Source: an uncultured Smithella sp.
GTDB lineage: Bacteria > Desulfobacterota > Syntrophia > Syntrophales > Smithellaceae
Direction of reading: 5' to 3'
Assembly (NCBI GenBank): GCA_964480875.1
Contig: CAYZRT010000001.1
Location: 8,130-72,129, forward strand
DNA: 64,000 bases
Shown in pieces: positions 58,066 through 64,000 of this stretch (position 1 is the first letter of the stretch; each line of letters starts with the position of its first letter). The notes under the pieces were generated by a model that was not told the DNA's origin, did no database searches, and saw only the letters and a list, made by a program, of their open reading frames with translations. A program made the position numbers and the translations under genes.

Positions 58066-58656
58066 ATGAAAAATAATATTACCGGAATAATTCTGGCAGG
58101 AGGGAAAAATTCCCGCATGGGATTCAACAAGGCGTTTCTGGAAGTCGATGGAAAACGCCTTATTGATATGACCCTATCTGTTTATCAACAAATATTTTCT
58201 GAAATAATCATTGTTACCAACGATGCCCTTTCCTACATGGAATTTAAAGATGCAGAAGTTGTCACGGATATTTATCCGGGCAAAGGGTCACTGGGAGGAA
58301 TTTATACCGGATTGTTCTATGCAAATAATGATTATGCTTTTGTTGCCGCCTGCGACATGCCTTCTCTCAACAAGGATTTCATTTTTTTTATGATTGACAA
58401 AATCGATAAACACGAAATCATTGTACCGGAACTTGCCGAGGGATTTCAGGCGTTGCATGCCATTTATTCACGACGATGCCTCCCGGCCATCAAAAAAATG
58501 ATCTCAGCCGATCAACTTAAAATTGCCGGATTATATAAAGAAATGCGTTTGCTGAAAATTAATGAGGCTCAAGTTAAACCTTTTAATGCCCAAGGCAATA
58601 TTTTTATCAATATTAACACGCCGGATGATTTAAAATCTTATAAAAACACAGAATGA
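58066..58656 (+). CDS. mobA: molybdenum cofactor guanylyltransferase
   Basis: 196 aa with GIILAGGKNSRMG..K and the ACDMP motif. Confidence 0.88.
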   Translation: MKNNITGIILAGGKNSRMGFNKAFLEVDGKRLIDMTLSVYQQIFSEIIIVTNDALSYMEFKDAEVVTDIYPGKGSLGGIYTGLFYANNDYAFVAACDMPSLNKDFIFFMIDKIDKHEIIVPELAEGFQALHAIYSRRCLPAIKKMISADQLKIAGLYKEMRLLKINEAQVKPFNAQGNIFININTPDDLKSYKNTE

Positions 58657-59373
58657 TCATTCATGCAGCGGCGTTGGCTGAACCCATTTTTTATTTTCTC
58701 CGTTATAATACCATTTATCGGGAAAACCGCGTCGATGAACATACACGGGATGATCAGCCCAGCGCAAAAGTTGCTTGTACGCATTGTGAATCACTCTGAA
58801 ATTTGCCGCTTTCCCTCCTAAATCAGGATGATGAATCTTTACCTGTTTACGGTATGCGTTTTTTATGATGAGATTTAATTCATGAGAGCCAAGATCTGTT
58901 TTTTTTATTTCCAGACAATGCAAATATTCCATTTTTACGGTTGGAATTTTTAATAATCTGGGACGTTGCATCCTGTCGGAGATAGCATGACGTGATGCTA
59001 ATTTCAGAACATGCTGCGTAGCCATGTAGTTTCTGTTTGTTCTATTGGTAACCGACCACCATTCTTCGCCCAATTGATTGGTCATGATATTAAAATCTGC
59101 GGCTGGATTACTGTTTTCCTTTCGTTGGACGCTGTAACGAAATATCTCTTTCATGCCATAGGGGACAATATCAAGCACAATCACTTTATCAGAAAAGTAA
59201 AATGTCGCGTAACGCGTGTTGAGGGCATGGAGCAACCCGCTCTTCATATTGAGTTTCTGCCTGAGATTCTGACGGCATTTTACAGAACAATATCGACGGT
59301 TATTGATGTTATTCGTGCTGCCACAGGAAAGACAAAAATTCTTATTTTCACATTGGGAAGGATTTATGAACAT
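58657..59373 (-). CDS. Zn-ribbon / J-domain protein of unknown function
   Basis: 238 aa with N-terminal CLSCGS..(9)..CSVKC. The C-terminal J-domain core is IIKNAYRKQVKIHHPDLGG..VIHNAYKQLL, which includes HPD. Confidence 0.65.
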   Translation of the reverse strand: MFINPSQCENKNFCLSCGSTNNINNRRYCSVKCRQNLRQKLNMKSGLLHALNTRYATFYFSDKVIVLDIVPYGMKEIFRYSVQRKENSNPAADFNIMTNQLGEEWWSVTNRTNRNYMATQHVLKLASRHAISDRMQRPRLLKIPTVKMEYLHCLEIKKTDLGSHELNLIIKNAYRKQVKIHHPDLGGKAANFRVIHNAYKQLLRWADHPVYVHRRGFPDKWYYNGENKKWVQPTPLHE

Positions 59374-59438
59374 CTTTTTTTTCAGGATATCGGACCCATT
59401 TTTTATAGATGCCCCCGATACCCTGGATCCCCTGCTTT

Positions 59439-60056
59439 TTATTTCTTAGAAACAGCCAGATAACCTTTGGCTAAAGCCTTATTAACGTGTAAAACACCCT
59501 TGTTCATATCCTTCATGGGATAATCCGCTGTGATGACAGGCAGCGCATCCGCATCCACCTGCGTTTTCACAATGGATCCGGCTGGGACATAATGTCCGTC
59601 AGCTATATTCACACCCATCAGAATGACGCCGGGTTCGACAACACAATTCTTCCCTACAATGGATTTAAAAATCAGCGCTTTCATCCCGACAAATGTATCG
59701 TCCATAACCACCGCTGGTCCATGAATTTGAACTTGATGAGCCAGGGAGACTCTCTTTCCGACATAGACGGCATATTGCTTACCTTCCTCTTCCATTTGAT
59801 TTTTTTCAACCGGTTTCCCGTCCAATTCCGTTTCCAGCGCATGAATAACCACACCGTCCTGAACATTGGAATCATCGCCGACATGAAGCGGTTGCCCCTC
59901 ATCACCGCGCACGCAAGCCGTGGGCGCCACCATGATGTTCTTACCCAGGATGACATTGCCAATGACGGCCGCCAACGGATGTACAAACGTTCCCTCCCCT
60001 ATAACCGGTTCGGATATTTTAGCGCAAAAATCTGTTTTTACATTTTTCTCAATCAT
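59439..60056 (-). CDS. gamma-class carbonic anhydrase (Cam-type left-handed beta-helix)
   Basis: 205 aa, near-collinear with Methanosarcina Cam as I recall it: VRGDEGQPLHVGDDSNVQDGVVIHALE..VSLAHQVQIHGPA. All three Zn-ligand His residues are present. Confidence 0.85.
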   Translation of the reverse strand: MIEKNVKTDFCAKISEPVIGEGTFVHPLAAVIGNVILGKNIMVAPTACVRGDEGQPLHVGDDSNVQDGVVIHALETELDGKPVEKNQMEEEGKQYAVYVGKRVSLAHQVQIHGPAVVMDDTFVGMKALIFKSIVGKNCVVEPGVILMGVNIADGHYVPAGSIVKTQVDADALPVITADYPMKDMNKGVLHVNKALAKGYLAVSKK

Positions 60057-60093
60057 TTATCCCTCCATATTTTTATGCTTACTTCAGTATTGT

Positions 60094-60747
60094 CTAGAAT
60101 CCGGACTGAATTTCACCATTCACTTTTAATATTTGATTTTTTACTTTTTCTCTCTTCACCAGATTTTGCCATACTTTTTTTACGGTCTTTTCAGTTTGAG
60201 AAATACTTTCCCTGTTATCAATGATAATATCCGCCAAACCTTTTTTTTCTTTAATAGGCATCTGGCTTTTCAATCGTTTTTCGGCTTGTTCCCTGGGGAT
60301 ATGATTGCGAGCAATCAATCGTCGTATCTGTTCCTCGGGTTCAACAACGACCAGGATCGTTAAATCAAACAGATGCTGTTTTTTACCTTCAAATAAAAGA
60401 GGAATATCCGACAGGACAATCGCGTGCTTTTCTTTTTTGCTTATTTTATCTAATTGAGAATGCCATTCCTGATAAACAAAAGGATGAACGATTTTATTGA
60501 GTTTCAAGAGTTTATTCTTATCGGCGAATACAATATTTCCCAGTTTGACCCGGTTAATTTTTTTATCTTTCTGCAAAATTTCTTTGCCGAAATAATCAAC
60601 CACTTTTTGCCACGCGGGTTTCCCGGGTTTCTGTACTTGGTGGGCCAGTAGGTCGAAATCTATTAAGTGAGCCCCTTTTTTAACAAAAAATCTCGCAACG
60701 GTTGATTTCCCACAGGCGATTCCACCTGTCAGTCCTACATTCAACAT
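60094..60747 (-). CDS. coaE: dephospho-CoA kinase
   Basis: 217 aa with the GLTGGIACGKST P-loop. Confidence 0.92.
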   Translation of the reverse strand: MLNVGLTGGIACGKSTVARFFVKKGAHLIDFDLLAHQVQKPGKPAWQKVVDYFGKEILQKDKKINRVKLGNIVFADKNKLLKLNKIVHPFVYQEWHSQLDKISKKEKHAIVLSDIPLLFEGKKQHLFDLTILVVVEPEEQIRRLIARNHIPREQAEKRLKSQMPIKEKKGLADIIIDNRESISQTEKTVKKVWQNLVKREKVKNQILKVNGEIQSGF

Positions 60748-60749
60748 AA

Positions 60750-61526
60750 TTATTTCTTGTTCAAGTCATAGATAATACGCAAACCGTCCAAGGTCAGCAT
60801 TTCTTCTATTTTTTCGATTGTTTTTGTTTCCGGCGCTATCACATTCGCCAAACCTCCTGTGGCTATGACCAAAGGATTCATTTTAATTTCCGCTTTCATT
60901 CTGGTGACAATTCCGTCAACCAATCCTGCGTAACCGAACATAATTCCCGCCTGAATCGCGCTGACCGTGTCTTTGGTAATGACAGTTTTCGGTTTGCTGA
61001 ATTCAACCCGGGGCAATTTTGACGCTCTTTCAAACAGGGCCTCAACGGAAATTACTATTCCGGGAGCTATGCACCCGCCCATATATTCTCCTTTGGGAGA
61101 AACATAATCAAACGTTGTCGCCGTGCCGAAATCCACGATGATGGATTCTTTACGATACTTGTTATAAGCGGCAACCGCATTGACAATTCTGTCGGCGCCT
61201 ACTTCCTTGGGATTATCATAGAAAATGGGCATCCCTGTCTTGATTCCCGGACCGACGATCAACGGTTTTACGTTAAAATATTTCAAGCAAAGGGGCTCCA
61301 GAATATTGAGCATCGGAGGAACCACGCATGAGATGATAATCGCCGTTACCGACTTAAATTCCTTGGCTTTCATCCTGCTGGACTGATATAAATTATAGAT
61401 CAGCACGCCGTATTCATCGACCGTATGATCTATTTCCGTCCGTATACGCCAATCATGCAAAAGATTCTTTTCATCATAAAGCCCCAGAACGGTATTGGTA
61501 TTTCCTACATCTATGACTAGAAGCAT
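60750..61526 (-). CDS. coaX: type III pantothenate kinase
   Basis: 258 aa with [10 protein letters not shown] and DFGTATTFD. Confidence 0.95.
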   Translation of the reverse strand: MLLVIDVGNTNTVLGLYDEKNLLHDWRIRTEIDHTVDEYGVLIYNLYQSSRMKAKEFKSVTAIIISCVVPPMLNILEPLCLKYFNVKPLIVGPGIKTGMPIFYDNPKEVGADRIVNAVAAYNKYRKESIIVDFGTATTFDYVSPKGEYMGGCIAPGIVISVEALFERASKLPRVEFSKPKTVITKDTVSAIQAGIMFGYAGLVDGIVTRMKAEIKMNPLVIATGGLANVIAPETKTIEKIEEMLTLDGLRIIYDLNKK

Positions 61527-61532
61527 ATTTTT

Positions 61533-62321
61533 TCACCTTATGATTGTAGCGTCTCCTGCAGAGACTTTTATTTCCCGATGGTCTTCAGACAGAAGGATCA
61601 ACGCGCCATCGTCATCCAGGCCGACAGCCTTACCTTCTATGTTTTCAGTGCCGAATTTTACTTCAATCATTTGATCGATCATGGACGTCAGTTCAAGCCA
61701 TTTATTTTTGACGGGACCGAATCCTTTTTGTCGTTGTTGTTTATACCATTTTTCCAGATTTTCATAGAGGCGAATTATCAATTCCAGACGATCAATTTTT
61801 CTGCCGCTTTCTATTGCCAGGGATGTCGCGATATCTCTAATGTCTTCCGAAAATTGGTCGTATTGAATATTAACGTTAATGCCCATGCCCAGAACAATAA
61901 AGTCCACCTTCCCCTCATTTATTTTAGCCTCGGAAAGAATGCCGCATACTTTTTTATTTTTAATCATGACATCGTTGGGCCATTTAAGTTCTATCCGACC
62001 GGGACAGTAAAAATCCAGAATTTCAGCAACGGCGACACCGGCCATGATTGGAATGCCAGTCGTTCTGAACGGTTCGATCGGCGGTCTTAAAATAAGCGAC
62101 GTGTATATGTTTAATCCCGGTGGAGAATGCCACGACCTCCGCAGGCGCCCCTTCCCGGAAGTCTGAGTGTCGGCAATGATAACCGTTCCCTCTGGTGCGC
62201 CGTGAATTCCTAACGTAAAGGCGTCGTTGTTCGTTGATTCTGTTTCAGTATGATAGTAAAGACTACGACCGAATAATTTTCCACTGAATTTTTCTTTTAA
62301 TATTTCCGAATTCCAACACAT
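61533..62321 (-). CDS. birA: biotin--[acetyl-CoA-carboxylase] ligase (no N-terminal HTH)
   Basis: 262 aa with QTSGKGRLRRSWHSPPG and KWPNDV. Confidence 0.9.
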   Translation of the reverse strand: MCWNSEILKEKFSGKLFGRSLYYHTETESTNNDAFTLGIHGAPEGTVIIADTQTSGKGRLRRSWHSPPGLNIYTSLILRPPIEPFRTTGIPIMAGVAVAEILDFYCPGRIELKWPNDVMIKNKKVCGILSEAKINEGKVDFIVLGMGINVNIQYDQFSEDIRDIATSLAIESGRKIDRLELIIRLYENLEKWYKQQRQKGFGPVKNKWLELTSMIDQMIEVKFGTENIEGKAVGLDDDGALILLSEDHREIKVSAGDATIIR

Positions 62322-62368
62322 AAGACAAAGATTGCTTGGCTATCGAATTTTTATTCACGATTACAGGA

Positions 62369-63202
62369 TTAACACGCCTTGATCTTCAAGGAAATGTCAG
62401 CGGCACGAACGGAATGGGTCAGTTCTCCAACGGAAATAAAATCCACGCCAATCGCTGCTATATCAGCGACGTTTTTCAGGCTGACATTCCCGGATGCTTC
62501 CACCAGAGCTCGTCCGGATATAAGACCAACAGCTTTTTTCATTGTCGATGTATTCATATTGTCCAACATAATAACGTCCACACCGCAGGCCAGAGCTTCC
62601 TTGACTTCCTGAATATTTTTAGTTTCGACTTCAATTTTCATATCGCAAGAAAGATGTTTTCTCTGAGCGTTTACGGCAGCGGTAATGCCGCCCGCAGCTT
62701 CAATATGATTATCTTTGATGAGGACGCCGTCATACAGACCGATACGGTGATTACAGCCGCCCCCAATGCGCACAGCCATTTTATCCAGAATTCTTAATCC
62801 GGGTACTGTTTTACGAGTATCCAGAATTTTAGCCCGGGTCCCATGCACCGCTTTGACATATTCCGCGGTAAGGGTAGCAATGCCGCACATACGCTGTAAA
62901 AAATTAAGGGAAACTCTTTCTGCCATTAATATGGATGCCAGGCTTCCTGATACTTCAGCGATGATGTCACCTCTTTTTACCTTGCTTCCGTCCTTGATGA
63001 ATTTTTTAACTTTGATGTTTTGATCAAGACATTTAAATGTAGCGTCAAAAACATTTATGCCAGCCAGGACGAAAACATCTTTGGCCATAGCCAGAGCGCT
63101 GCCCCTCTTTTGCGTGCTGATGGTGGCATGAGTTGTAATATCGCCTGCGCCTAAATCTTCGCGAAGCGCGTTCTTGATGATTTCTAATATGTTTTTTTCC
63201 AT
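62369..63202 (-). CDS. nadC: nicotinate-nucleotide diphosphorylase (carboxylating)
   Basis: 277 aa with the ILDTRKT..R..K and IMLDNM motifs. Confidence 0.95.
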   Translation of the reverse strand: MEKNILEIIKNALREDLGAGDITTHATISTQKRGSALAMAKDVFVLAGINVFDATFKCLDQNIKVKKFIKDGSKVKRGDIIAEVSGSLASILMAERVSLNFLQRMCGIATLTAEYVKAVHGTRAKILDTRKTVPGLRILDKMAVRIGGGCNHRIGLYDGVLIKDNHIEAAGGITAAVNAQRKHLSCDMKIEVETKNIQEVKEALACGVDVIMLDNMNTSTMKKAVGLISGRALVEASGNVSLKNVADIAAIGVDFISVGELTHSVRAADISLKIKAC

Positions 63203-64000
63203 TAAGTGGACAGACCCTTTAATTTCTTAAGCGCTGCCTCCAGCGTATTAAATTTCTTCTGGAACTCTTTTAGCTTATCTTCTTCTTTTTGAATAATTTC
63301 CGGTGCGGCTTTGCTCATAAAGTCACGATTGGCGAGCTTTTTTGAACTCTGTTGCAGGTCCCTGGATATTTTGTTCAGCTCTTTTTCCAACCTTGTCACC
63401 TCGCTGGAAATATCCACAATGCCTGCCAGAGGAACGAAAATCTTTGTGGAGCCACTCACTGCCGTTGCAACTCCTTTGGGTTCAATCGCGTTAATTTCCA
63501 CGTTCAGCAACTCCAGATTAGCCAAATTTAAGATATAGCCTTTATCCTTCTCAATCATTTTTCTATTCTTTTCATCGGTTGCGGAAATCAGCACCTTCAG
63601 CTTTTGTGATGGCGCAATTCGCATTTCACCGCGTATGTTGCGAATCGATGTAATGATGTCCATAATCATTTCCATTTCCTTTTCCGCCGAATCATTTTTC
63701 CATTCCTCTTGAATCACGGGGAAACGACTGACCATAATAGAATTTTTGTCGCAGCCCCTCAAAACATGCCATAGTTCTTCCGTTAGAAATGGCATGAATG
63801 GATGCAACAGCTGTAACATTTTCTGAAATACTTCATACAGAGTTTTCTGCGCCGCCCGTTTTTTTGCCGGGGTAGATTTTCCATAAAAAACCGGTTTGCT
63901 TAATTCCAGATACCAGTCACACAGTTCATGCCAGACAAAGCGGTAAAGCGCGGCGGCCGCATCATTGAAATGATATTCATCCAAACTTCGCGTTATTTCT
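63202..64000 (-). CDS. valS: valine--tRNA ligase, C-terminal part (5' end outside window)
   Basis: Anticodon-binding region (FNDAAAALYRFVWHELCDWYLE) and a terminal coiled coil. The frame is open to the window edge. Confidence 0.9.
   Translation of the reverse strand, partial: EITRSLDEYHFNDAAAALYRFVWHELCDWYLELSKPVFYGKSTPAKKRAAQKTLYEVFQKMLQLLHPFMPFLTEELWHVLRGCDKNSIMVSRFPVIQEEWKNDSAEKEMEMIMDIITSIRNIRGEMRIAPSQKLKVLISATDEKNRKMIEKDKGYILNLANLELLNVEINAIEPKGVATAVSGSTKIFVPLAGIVDISSEVTRLEKELNKISRDLQQSSKKLANRDFMSKAAPEIIQKEEDKLKEFQKKFNTLEAALKKLKGLST

Overview
This 64-kb window looks like chromosome from an anaerobic, Desulfobacterota-like bacterium. That assignment is inferred from gene content only: iorAB, a four-subunit 2-oxoacid:ferredoxin oxidoreductase, an Ahb-type siroheme decarboxylase gene next to hemL, and a PxxKW Cys-rich protein. 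No database search was possible.

Most of the window is conserved housekeeping, largely on the minus strand:
- Replication, nucleotide and translation genes: dnaE, guaB, dtd, ihfA-pheTS, and the rplT-rpmI-infC-thrS block with tRNA-Val(GAC).
- The ffh-rpsP-KH-rimM-trmD-rplS-rnhB-yraN block, argS, ribD, and coaE-coaX-birA-nadC-valS.
- Nucleotide-sugar genes (UDP-xylose synthase/ugd, gmd/fcl).
- A split set of ATP synthase Fo genes.

Four parts look accessory or unusual:
1. A G+C-rich type IV minor-pilin operon (fimU-pilV-pilW-pilX-pilY1) sits behind a near-consensus sigma-54 promoter. Its PilY1 has a vWA domain interrupted by an array of Cys-rich GPFY repeats. Upstream lies pilD, whose leader looks like a c-di-GMP-I (GEMM) riboswitch.
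2. An AT-rich orphan gene encodes a Zn-ribbon / wHTH / nucleoside-2-deoxyribosyltransferase-like (TIR-like fold) protein.
3. A family of intergenic hairpin repeats occurs at four loci. The loop core (TTCGCT) is conserved but the stems vary.
4. A 1418-aa fusion joins two BcrAD/HgdC-type activase ATPases to dehydratase-like domains.

No CRISPR array, transposase, integrase or rRNA was seen. All calls rest on reading the translations and the DNA by eye. Coordinates of non-CDS features were indexed by hand against neighbouring ORF boundaries and could be off by a base or two.
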